Under the pieces are notes generated by a model that was not told the DNA's origin, searched no databases, and worked only from the letters and a program-made list of their open reading frames with translations. Positions 24,501 through 36,585 of a stretch of DNA of 64,000 bases are shown one piece after another (within the stretch, counting starts at the first letter, position 1; each line of letters starts with the position of its first letter). Position numbers and translations under genes: made by a program. This DNA comes from Klebsormidium nitens (Eukaryota; Plantae; Klebsormidiophyceae): NCBI GenBank assembly GCA_000708835.1, contig DF236950.1, positions 287,355-351,354 on the forward strand, read 5' to 3'.

Positions 24501-27500
24501 TCTCACACCAATCAATCAATCAATCATGCATTGCATCCTTTCTCAATCGGCGGTGTTAATAAAGTGCTCTCTCCGGATTCTCCGCAGACATGGTGAAGAA
24601 CAAGGGCATCATGCCGGCCAACCCCACCGACATCCCCGTCCAGCGCGCCCAGCTCAAGGCCATCATCAAATCCACGTACGCGGCGTGCATCAAGCCTGAC
24701 CCGGAGGGCGGCAAGCCCTTCACGGCAGACGCAATCATTGCAAACCCTGTTGCATACGGTGAGGCGCCCAGCTGCCTCAAGGTGGCGCTCAAGCTGATTC
24801 GAGATGCGTTTGCCATGGACCCCTGAGCATCTTAAGAGTGCTTCCTGAGAGTCAGTGCTTTCCGGAAGTCAGTGCTTCCATTGATTCGCTGCGTGCCTGC
24901 CGTCTTCCAACGTCATCAAACGGGGTTCTAGCCTCAACGACTTGCCTTGACATCGGATACCTGTACACTGCGCGACGAGTTTCGGCGATGGACAGTGCTC
25001 GTTACAGGTCCCAATTTGATAATCAAAAGTATTGTGCCAAACTCCCGTCCATCAAACCAATGATTCACTTGTGGCTCCGTCAAGCCGCTCTGGCAAGTGT
25101 CAGCTAATACGCGCGAGTTCCTCGTGGCAGGCCACATCCATGTCGCGGAGAAGATGAAGATTCCCCTTCACCTCTTCTTCACGATGCCCTGGAGCCCCAC
25201 CACCGCGTTTCCCCACCCCCTCACGCGGCCCTCCACTTTCTCTTTGGAAAGCAATTACGTAAGTACTGTCGACCTCAGCGTGGAATCCACCGGGTTAAAA
25301 AAGTCCGTATTCAAGATGCATATGGTGGTTCCGGTGGTGCAATCAGTGGCAAGCTCATATCGTTCTGAGCTCGAAACGGCAAGCTCGCTCCGTTCTGATC
25401 TTGGAATGGCAGGCTCCTCCCGTTGTGAGCTTCGCATCTAAACTCCGCGGTTCCCAAGGCGGTAGGCTCGTAGGAAGGTGCTCGCTGCAGATATTGTCAC
25501 GGCGAAAGGCCGCCGGTTTTGCATCCAGTGGCAATCTCCGCAGTCCTCTGTGCCGTCCATTCCCACATCAAGGCGCGCACAGCCCCCTATTCTCATGCAT
25601 CCAAACTTTTTCCCTCCTCCGCTTCGACCCAACCCTGACATATGCCTTGCTTACCCCCACAGATTACGAATACGACAGTTGACCACTTGAGGTTGAATGC
25701 TAAACACGCGCCTTCTCACCTCCCCAGATGACGTACACAATCATTGACTACTTGATGTGGCTCGGCACCAAGGGCATTATCAATGCGTTCCGGCGCAAGC
25801 AGTTGGGGCTCAAGCCGGTGGGCCTCATGGACCCCGGTTCGTCGCTCATTCACCAGAACAAGGTGCCCTTCGGCTACATCTGGAGCCCGTCCCTCGTGCC
25901 AAAGCCCAAAGGTGGGGACGCCTATTTATAAAACTTGGAATCATTGCGTTAACATTCGCCAACCTCTGGGAACCCGTTTGCAAGGTGCCTCAATACCTAC
26001 AACGAAGAAGAATGTTGAGAGGAGCCTTTTTCGCTTTTGGAAGCTTCTATTTCTGAGTTAGAGCTTGTCTTCGGCTGGGCTTTAGGGCTTGAAATGGTCG
26101 TGAGGGGTTTGAGGATCCCGTCATCCGTCATCGTCGAGCCAACAAGCGGCAATTCGTGTTTCTGTCTGTTGTTGAAAGCTGGCTTAGGTTTGCAAGTCGG
26201 CCAGGGATGTCGGAAAGGCGACCACGGATGAGGGTCGCCCAGTGAAGGTTCGTGTTCTGGTCGGGACTCTGCTAAACGATTGTCAAGTCGCCGATTTCTC
26301 CTTTTGTCTCCTTCAAAAGCTGTTCGTTTGGTCGCCCGATTGGAGCATCTGCGGTTGTTAGACGAAAGTGGTGCACTCATGGATTACCAAGGAGACGGAC
26401 TAACTGTCCGCTCAGCTGGCGATTCGCGAATGCTGTCACGTTTTTGGTACATAAGTGTTCTATCTTGGATTCTCCTCAAGGGCCGTTTGTTCGCTGTCAC
26501 GTGCAGACTGGGGCCCGCACATCGACGTTGTCGGGTTCTGCTTCCTGGACCTGGCCAAGAACTACAAGCCTGAACAAGAACTTGTGGACTTCCTCAAAGC
26601 GGGGCCCCCGCCCGTTTACATCGGGTTTGGCAGCCTGGTGAGGAGGTCTCTTCATTCCGCGCTTTACCAGACCAATAGGAACACATTATCTTTTGGTATC
26701 TCGACCAAAACCACCGGGCTTGACAGGTGGCACGTTCGTTGTAACTCTTGTGTGCAAGAGTTCTTAAGGTCCCTGTTTTCGTCGTCTTTGCAAGAGGCTT
26801 TGCCCTTTTTTCGTTACATCTGACAGCCTCTGGTTTCGCTCCCAACATTGCAGGCGGTTCCGCACCCTGAGAAGACGGTCCAGATCTTCTTGGATGCTCT
26901 CAAGAAGACGAACTCCCGGGGACTCATTTCCAAGGGCTGGGGAGAGCTGGGCGAAGGTGCGTTCACGCACGCTCGAATCTTGTTCTACAATAAAAGCACA
27001 CTCAAAATCCGCGCTGAAGGCGCACCGTTGTTAGTGTTTCAATCTTCTGCAAACTCGGTTCATACCCTGGCGCGATGATATACTCCCTGTGTTCGATCTG
27101 GTCCAAGTCGACCCCTTGTTTACCCCAATGCCGCTCGCAAGAAGAAGCGGAGACTGCAAGGGAGCGTGTATCATGATACAGTGTCTTTGCTCTGGTTAGA
27201 CGATAAACAGTAACCAGACATTTTGCTGAGTGGCGGTAGAAACGTTTGCCAGCGCCCCTCCGCGAAGGCATAAGACGTTTTCAACCCTTCAGTGGTCCTC
27301 AAGCATTGGGCCTGAGCATGTACTTATTTTAATAGTCTCAGTCGCGTGGGGATTCAAAGGCTCGAAGAAGTGAGCACCGTGCTGGCATGTCTACAGGGCT
27401 GGACATTCCGGACACGTGTATGCTGTTGGGCAACGTGCCGCACGACTGGCTCTTCACGCAGTGCCAAGCGGTGGTAAGCACTTACACGAATAGAAACGAC

Positions 27501-28812
27501 ATCGTAAACGCTCCATCTAGACATGACAGCCTGTTCTACACGACAGCGTGCCTTATTCCTGCTGCAGACTTCACGAAGGTATTGTCTTCTTGAGAATGGT
27601 TTGGGTTTTTTTGTTGTCTTAAATGAGCAGGCCAAGACCAGCGAGTGGGAGAAACTTTTCAAGTTAAGGAAAGCATGACAATGTGCATCGCTCTGTTGAT
27701 GGGACAGATGCAGTCAGGAGTGCTAAGAAAGCCTCCACTTGCTGTGTTGGCGGTTGTCCAAATCTCTTCTTACAGCGTCAAATGCGCAGAACTTGTGAAA
27801 TGTTGCTGAGTCGAGGTGGGCATTGACTACTAGTTCAAGGATGGAGGGCATGAATTTTGTGGGCCAAATGGAAGATCGCAAGGCAGCTTTCACAACCGGA
27901 AAGTCTGGGGTTTGGACAAGCGCATACTTTCTCGGTACGTCGCTTCTTTGCTCTTCGCATGGGACGCTTAGAAGAGTCGTGGGCTTCGAAGCCTCTTCCG
28001 AAGCTTTGCTCCGCCCGTTTTCTTGCAGATCCACCACGGGGGCGCAGGAACGACCGCGGCCGGGCTCAAGGCGGAATGCCCGACGACGGTGATCCCCTTC
28101 TTTGGTGACCAGCCGTTTTGGGGGGAGCGCTGCCACGCGCAAGGAGTGGGGCCCAAGCCCATCCCCATCGGGCGGGTCTCAGTGGACAACATCGTCGAGG
28201 CCATTGACTTCATGAAGAATCCGGAGGTGGGTTTGAGGGAAGGAAAGGAGGCGGGTGCTCCCGTTCCTGGAGCCGTTGCTAGAAGTGCGTTGTAATCTGC
28301 TCTGAGAGAATCTGTTGCGAAAGCAGCTGGCGCTCCGTGGTTTGCAAGACCTTCGACGTTTGGGTGTCTCATCGCCGGCAGATGCCGCTTTGGGCTAGGC
28401 TGAACGGACGCAATGCCCTCGCAAGCACGCCTCGTTTGTTTATCCTGACCTTTCACTGTTGCTTTCCCCGGTACGTACCAGACCACATGGTTCTACGAAA
28501 TATAGGACAAAATGTTGCGCTGCTCGAGCAGCTCGCTTCCGTGAGCTGCTCCAGTGATGCATTGCAGAGAGAAGAGGATGTCTCCGGAATCTCTGAGCCT
28601 CTTGCGTGCAGGTCAAGGAAAACGCGCGGAAGATGGCGGCCAAGATGCAGCAGGAGAACGGCGTGGAAGGGGCCGTGAAGGCGTTCCACAAGCACCTGCC
28701 CAAAAATCTCCGGTCCACGGAGATTGAGTGGGGACTCAGCAAATCGCGGAAAACTCAGTCGGGTCTGTTGTCTGCGTGTGCGTGTACGTCAACACCGAAG
28801 ACGGTGGATTAG
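21559..28812 (+). CDS. UGT80: Sterol 3-beta-glucosyltransferase, UGT80A/B type (GT1/GT28-N); about 11 exons
   Basis: Exons read [124 protein letters not shown] and [23 protein letters not shown]. The last exon ends TPKTVD* at 28812. Start is ATG 21559 or 21562. Confidence 0.96.
21700..22361. other. Assembly gap (662 N) flanked by an exact 35-bp duplication
   Basis: CAGAGTTTAGTTCTGGTGAAGGAGGAGGGGGTCCC occurs at 21665-21699 and again at 22362-22396. Confidence 1.
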
Positions 28813-30119
28813 CGGGCCGCAGGCTCCCGTCTATGCTTTGCAAAGCGTCCACTCCAAACACGGTGCATGATCAGCTGGCACTACGCTCGTGAGCATGCAA
28901 CGCATCAGCCGTTCATAGCGGCAGGCCTCAATAAGTGCTCTTTGAAATCTCAATTGGTCGCAAACTGAGGTGGAGAGTCCTGCGGAGATGTGCATATAGA
29001 TACTTCGGTAAACTTGAATTGCTTGCTAATCAAGGACTTTGTTGGTTAGTGGTCAGCTAGCAATAAGCTCGATCGGATAATCGAGCCAAGATTCTACACT
29101 GGCAAGAAAGTTATTAGGGTTGACCCTCTAGATCTGACTAACTGAAGCTTTTGAGCGGGATGCATGACCCGGGGAGTATGTTTGGGTCACTCCACCGAAA
29201 CCGGCAACACTCAGTGTTGCTACTGTTATTTTTTGTGGCAACATCATTTGACCACGAAATCTGCTGCAAAGTGGCAATAGCTGTCGTACTGTTCCGAACA
29301 CAAGATGTTGATCGATCTAAAATGTCACCTCAGCATATCACTTCTCAATCGGCTTCCCATGACATACATAGTGCTGTTCTATGACTCTCGTCCGCATGCC
29401 GGTCGAGCGGATAGCAGGCAGTGGTTCACCATGTATTCCAAAGCGTTTGACAACACGTACTTAATACGAGAGAAAGGCCTGATGCTTTTGAATCAATCAG
29501 ACTGAGATCGTATGCTCTGGCCCTGTACTGATTGCTTGATACTGTAGTAGACTGCAACAGAGGAGCTATCCACTCCTACCGCGTCACTGGTCAGCTTGGT
29601 CACGTCGGACTCATGCCTTCGCCCGCGTTGTACAGGTAGGACCTGCCTGTGCGCAGTGAGCGGTATAGGTAGGTATGCCCGAGTTGGTACCGGACTCGGG
29701 TACTTTTCCATGTGGCAGTAGTCAGTGACGATGTCGACACGGTCACTGTCCAGTGTCAGTTCGAAGATGTTGACATAGTCACTGTGAGTACTTCAGAGTC
29801 ATGGCCCATGCATGATGCGCCATATGGGCCATGGGTGATCCCGCTTCCCAGTGTTTCGGAACAATGGTACCTACACCGATGTTCACTGTTCTTATTAGGT
29901 ATGATCCTGAGTTGATAAGTCTGCAGAGCGCCTCTTCAAGCACTCATGAGTCATATGCTGAACTGCACGCAGCTCGACCTACCGCGTTGCATCTATCAGC
30001 ATAGACCTTGCATCGTCTAGCTTCACTCATTTGCCCAAGCTTGTATTGAAGACTGCAGCAAACTTTGAGCACCAGCAGCTCACAACGTCCACCCAAAGCT
30101 CCTAGGAGCCGTTGGCGCT

Positions 30120-33100
30120 ATGGCCTTACTCTCGCTTGCAGTTCCTCGGCTCCAATTGGTGTCTACACTCCTTGCGGTTCTCGTCCTGTTCCTAGCTGGC
30201 AGCGGGGCTCCAACCCCTGTCCTAGGGGCAAGTGACGATAAGGTGCAAGCTGCGGATGGCGCAGCCCTCCCCACAAGCTCACGTGGTTTGGAGCTGTTTC
30301 GTCAGCATGAGGTAAGCAACAGCGCTGAGCAGATTGCTGCGCTGTGCACTGAAAGGTACCAATATGGAGGACTACAAAGTCTCTTGGAAGCTTGTGAAAG
30401 GTTCCCATGTCACTCATGAGCCTTGGATAAAGTACTAAGCGCTCTTCAGCCAGCACGCTGATCACAGACAGGACTTGCTTATTGTGCAAAGAGCCACTTT
30501 TGGCTTCTGTATTGGCTGTGCATGTGCTCTTCCACCTGCATGGCTTCCTTCCAGCTGCTACTAGTAGTAAAAACAGTGAGCGCAAGCACGCTGGCTGGCC
30601 CCGGTCCTAAAGAATGTCCTACATTTAAAGCTTGGGCACCAGCAAATGCCCAGTCTGATATTTAGAGGGTGAGGTGGTTCTTTTGGCCCTTCGTATTTAA
30701 GAGCTCCACGTTTTCTAAAATCTGTTGATAGAGCTGAAAAGTACTCAGGCAATGGTGTTTGTAATGGCTGGCTGCAAAGCTGGAGGCCCTTCCGCCGTAA
30801 TTCAGTTTGATCAAGCTTGTATTGAACATGCATTGGGAGTCATGATTTCGAGGTTTTGATGCAGGGAATGAAGCCTCGTGCGCAGCTCTCGAACAGACGG
30901 CTCTTGCAGTCCATCCAATGTCCTGACGGTCAAGTCCAATGTCCCAGCGGCATCAAAGAGTGAGGGGTGTGGCTGTAGCCATGCTTTTCTTTCTATCTAA
31001 CCAAGGAAACGCTGCACTGTATCTCTATGTTTTATCCCACAACCTCGCACAGCAGAAGTGTGCTTTGCTCAATGCTTTCGTGGGTCATGTCACTCAAAGC
31101 GCGATGGATACATCAATTTCGCTGAGGATTTCCTCACGTTTTCGTCGTTGCAGTGGGCTGACCCCATAGCTCCGCAACCGACCCCGTACTGATCCACTCA
31201 GCCATAATTCTTCAGATTAGGAGACACTGTTCCGTCGACGTTCCTCGTGGCTAGTGCTGGCTCCATCCTGTTTGCTTCTTTTGTGCAGATGCTTTTATTC
31301 GAGTGGGCAGAACTGCAACGGCTATAACGGTAAGGTTGTCGAGAGAGCGCACTTTCTGTCCTCCTCAATCTTCCTGATCTCCCCAAAGAAGCGTGGTAGC
31401 CATGTGTTCTTAGGATCACCTGCGACAGAGACTTGAAGTCAAGACCTGTGTTGCTGGCGCTTTTCCACATGAGGTTCATATCAACAAGAATTGGATAAGA
31501 GTGTGGACAAAGGAGGTCTATCCAGCGCAATCTCAAGTACTGCCGTACGTTAGTCGGACTGGACCGCGGCAATCGGACTTGTGCTACCTTAACGTTCTTC
31601 TGTCGAGGCTGAACGCCGAATCGGTTACCTAAGGTCCAAGGAGTGTTCCTCGAGTCTGAAGCGATTGCTTCCCATAGTCTGCGCGATGCTCTTGAGTTTT
31701 TTTTTTCCTGATTAGATTAGGAGCATGCAGGATTCTTCGAAGCACGATGATCATCATTGAAAGAGGTAGATTCCAGTTTCCCTGTGTACCCCGATTTGCA
31801 AACACTTGTCATTCTTGTGGCCGCATTTGCAGACTGTTCCGACGGCAGCGAAGAGGACGACTACTACTGCGCAAACGTGTCCACCAGCTGCGTGTTCCCT
31901 CGGCTGAAGTGCCCCAGCCACAAGTGCTCCACCCAAAGCGTCATCAACGGCAAGTCGGGGGCAAACATTGTGAGCGCTCTCCCCATGAATATTAGACTGC
32001 TGCCGATGCGGGGGCAATGCGCCAAGACGCATCACTTCTTCATTTTCAAGAGTAGTAAACCACTGACTCTATGCAACAAATCGTGGGATAGCGCTTTCCC
32101 GCCTCGTTCTGCATAGAGCCAGTCGAAGGGGATTGCCTGAAGTGACTCAACATGGATTGTGAGGATTGTGTCAGATTTTGCTCTATAGTTCATAAGCAAC
32201 GCAGCGTGAAGCAATATCGATGAAGCACCCTAGTCTCTCTTTAACCCACAAGTGACACTGCTTGGCACTTCTATTTCTCCTCCTAACCCCGTTGCTAACC
32301 CGCATTTCCTCCTTCTCTGCAGTTCTGGTGCGATCGTACAAGTGAGCCCCTACTCTTCATCCGATCCCTCGCAATCTTTCGATTGTTTCGCACGGCTTGT
32401 CGAAGCGTGTAGACTGTGGTCAGAAACATTCTGATGTTCTGGTCATTCAAGCTTGAGCAGTCGTCTACGAAAACTGTTGCTGGTTACTTCTCCTGTCAAA
32501 GACGCTCTCTGAAGCTTGCCAGTCGTCCGCAAAAGCATAGCTGAACTTGTGCTTCCGCCGAGGTGATCAAAAGTGCACCCGGTTGGAACTTTTCTTGGTG
32601 TAAACATTTCTGAGTCCATTTGTGTGCCGCAGTATCTCTAAGATCGCATCCTCCTCCTGTTGATCCTACTTGCCAGTCGTAAGTCATAATTCTCAAGAAA
32701 GATATCAGTAAGCAAAGATAATAATAAGCTCCGACCAAACACTAAAAAACCCTAACCCAAAAAGATACCTGCTCCGCACCCATACCCGCCCTAACCACCA
32801 AACCAACCCTACCCGTCCGTCCCAGTCCGATTACCTGAGTATTATCTCGGCTTACTACTGTTACTTTCGTGAGTTCGAGTCGAAAGTCCCTTGCGCACGC
32901 GCCTACTCTAGTTCTTAAACCTTCCAAACCCGCGCGCTCCTCCAGCCGACTGCTTCGACAACAGCGACGAGGACCCCGCCTTTTGCGCGTCCTACGACTG
33001 CGCGAGCCAAGGCGCTGCGCGGTGCCCCGGGTCGATCCCCCAGTGCATGCCACGTGTCAGCACGAGGGTTGCCTACTTTTCAGGACGACCGTATCCCGGG

Positions 33101-34941
33101 ACGAACGGCCGCGGACAGACCTTTGGGCCCATTCCCGATGACGTCCCCACTGCCATGTGCGACGGGGTGAAGGATTGCGAGGTGGGCTTAGCATGACCGA
33201 CTAGATGAGGATACGTTGACCCACTTTTCTTTTCTCGGAGATGACCCGACGATTGCAGACTTCATTGCCTTGCAAAAGCTCGGATTTTCAGCCGTTGGGT
33301 TGCTGTCGCATGCTTTGCACGCTTCGCATGCTTTGCATCCCTTGATACAATCAGGTACCGACACAGGGAATGTTTGGAGTCAATTCGCCGATTAATTTAA
33401 CCAAAGCTGCCTCCGAAGCCCCATTCTGCGTTGTACCAAATCTGAGACGATCTCTTGGCCGGTGCATCGAACCCCCTCCTCACAACTTCGAAAGCCCTCC
33501 ACCACTTGGAAGCTCTGAAATTCGACGCCGAGTGACGGTCACGCCGCTTTGACGAATCAGAAAAAACCTACTCGAACTCCTAAGGAGAATCTTTACATGC
33601 GTTTAAATGACACGTGGGCCCTCCGCACCGCAACTGGGTGCAAGGCATCGAGTGATTCTGCGTCCGCCCCTTTCAGCTTAAAACAGGTTAAAGCTGGTAC
33701 AAAACTGGTTTCAACCTGGGTTAAAAGTGGTTTTCAACTGCCCTCCAGGACGGCAGCGACGAAGACTTCGAGCGCTGCTTTGGCCCGGGCCCGACCCGGC
33801 CACCCCCTATCGGACAGGGTGAGTGCATTCATAGGGGTTTAGGCCCTTGACCAAGGCTGGTTCTGGGCTTGTTCTGGGCTGCTTAGAAACTGGTCAAATG
33901 CCCAATGACCAGACTTGGGCGATAAACAGCCTTCGAACACGGTTAAAGCGCGGTTACGTGTCCAATGACATAACGCAAGAGTCAAGTCTAGTAGTCAGTC
34001 GTTTTAGCAGCCAAAACTTCCTGTGCATGTGGTGCCACACCTCACGAACCGCACCTTTCCAGACACTGCTTGCATTGCAGACTGGTCTTGGAGGTGCTTT
34101 CCGATTTGAGGTATTACTGGACCGTAGGTTCACTGAGGTTTTCCTTGAACGAGCTCGTCATGGGACTCTGGTAGCGGTGACTGTTTGCGCGCTTACACTT
34201 CGTAGTAGCACTTTCGATGCACCCTTTGGAAGTTCCAGTATGTCTTTGACAGAATTAACAGGTATCACCACTTCGATCTGCCGCCAAAGCAATGAACCGG
34301 CACTCGTTGTACAGCCGTCTCAGTTTCTCATCTTGTCGCACATCAAACTGCCGTCTCGTTATTTTCATCCAAGCTCCAAATCCACGATTTAACCGTGACC
34401 TAAACCCCGACCTCTTTTTCAAGCAGAACCGTCCCGTGGCCAAGTTTCAAACCCTCGGTGTTTCCTCCGCTAAACCCCGGCCTCTTCTCTTGGGCAGAGA
34501 CGTCCCATGCCAGAACTCGAACCCTCGGTTAACCCCTCCCCTAACCCCGGCAACACAGGTGTTTGTGGCTCGGGGCCCGCGTACTTCTTTCCCGTCCGCT
34601 GCTGGTTCAACAACGACCCCATGGGCCGCTACGTCTGCTGCGATGATGCGGGCTGCGATGGATTCAGCGCCTATGAGAACCTCGTTCCTCGCTGCAAAGT
34701 CAACGGCTACGCGCCTAAAAACTTTGGGCTTCCCGACGAGACGACCACATTCCCCAAGGAGACGACCACATTCCCCAAGGATACCCCCTGCCCCTTGGTG
34801 GGCGGTTTCGCCAGCAACAGCTGCTTCAGTTCCGACGGTTCGTACCACGTCTGCTGCGCCAACCCGGACTCGTGCGCCGCGCCTGGGGCAAACGGCGAGC
34901 CTCGCTGCACCAACGATAACTACGTTTTCTATAACCCGTGA
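30120..34941 (+). CDS. Secreted 390-aa protein: signal peptide, RRLL site, 3 LDL-receptor class A (LDLa) repeats, Pro linker, 2 copies of an unrecognised 6-Cys module
   Basis: Exons 30120-30311, 30865-30959, 31289-31329, 31833-31969, 32323-32341, 32946-33181, 33749-33818, 34559-34941. All junctions are GT-AG with matching phases (0,2,1,0,1,0,1) and total 1173 nt. Splicing creates CNGYNDCSDGSEE, WCDRTTDCFDNSDE and MCDGVKDCEDGSDE, which match the LDLa consensus C-D-G-x-x-D-C-x-D-G-S-D-E. Confidence 0.88.
34738..34779 (+). repeat. 21-bp coding tandem duplication (ETTTFPK x2) linking the two 6-Cys modules
   Basis: GAGACGACCACATTCCCCAAG occurs twice in tandem. Confidence 0.85.
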
Positions 34942-36585
34942 TTGCACAACCGCCAGGTTAGGATCAGATTGAGTGTACAGTGGTGTTGCTCGTCGAAGTA
35001 GAGTTCACGTCGTCCGCCCTGCTAGCAATTTTGCTCACATGCCACGCTGTTCCGACACATAAATGGTTGTATCGTTTTCGAGACACAGGCTAGAGCTAGG
35101 CATTGCCTTCCCCTCCTTGCGTTGTCAGGTTTTTCGTTGTAGCTGCGCTGGTTGATGAGACGTGTGTGGAGGTAGTTGCAGGACAATCAGGCAACCATTG
35201 TGAGTCCGCACCCAGGTAGACTAGAAAGCAAAGGTGTACTTTGCAAGCTTTAGTTTTTCCTGCAATCGAAGGTCTACCCCTACTTCTTTTCAACCTCGTC
35301 CCCGCACACACTTTTGCAGCATGCTTTCAGCTATTTTCTACATGAAATGCATCAGACTTAGAGTTTGAGTCTCGATCAACGGCACCCCCGTACTTCTCTG
35401 CGATGATCATTGTGACATGTCTTCGAAGACATGTCACAATCCGATAAACTGTTGAGATGCGGAGCTCTAATCTGCTTCCGTGCGGTGTGGTTCTTCCTCT
35501 GTACTTCGCGTGCGGGGCATGAATCTGGTCTGATGTTTAGTAGTCTGCAAATGTGCAATAAATCTACGATTCCTTCTCATCATCATGTTGAAAGACCTGA
35601 GTGCTCACGTTCGAGTGGCTTGATTTGTCGACGTTTTCGAGTTCTAGCTCGAGCTCGTGAGATTTCATTTGAGCAGAATGTTGTGACGTCCTTGACAACC
35701 ATCATACATCTTGCTTCAGAGGAAAAATGATGCACGAGAACGGCTGTCCCCATGCTGCTTCTAGCAATGCATTCTGGTGGTTGCTCCAGACTTGCGAAAG
35801 GGGACCCATGGGCGACTCATCCTAGCTCAAGGCTTCGTATCACACTTACGGCCCCGGGCGCGGGCCCGTTTCAATATTTTCATGGTCGATGAGTCCCAAT
35901 TTGTTTTGATTCTGAATGACTATAGAACATGACTTACTGCTGGCACACGACAATCTGGCGTAGTATCAAAATGCACGCTTGATTATGTCCATATAGCGAC
36001 GGTAGCTACGAATCTACATCGCAGTTGCCTGTGCGTGAAATTATTACATGTGCACCGTCTATCCATGGCGGCAGGCAATTATAGTATCTTTTATTAAGTT
36101 TGAAATTTGGGCGTAGTGACATGCAGTGACGCATGAGGCATGTCTAGTCATCGGTCCAAGTCGATCAGTTCAAGCTGGTGACATGCTATGTGGTTCTAAC
36201 TGCCCGCGGCATGCCGCCTGAGGAGCTAGTATGTCCTCATACATGTCACGTGTGCACCAGGGTGGCCGGCCGAACTTATGTGTGCGAATGCAAGCCTAAA
36301 GTTTTCTCAATCTTGTGTCGACCTGAACAAAACTAATACGCAGATTGCCAAGCGCGAGCATTGCAAGTCCGTTGTTTCTCGAACAACCCAGACCACCAAT
36401 AAATACTCCCAATTGCCAACGTTCTTGTGTCAAATTGTCCAAGGTAGACTCTACCTAAGCAAGCACGACTATCCTATTCTCATCAATACATAGAGTGCGA
36501 TTATACCAGAGGCGCAAGCCCCACTTTGACTCGGCACAACACTTTCGGACTCAACCATCTGCAAACATGCAGTAAGTACGTTCTC

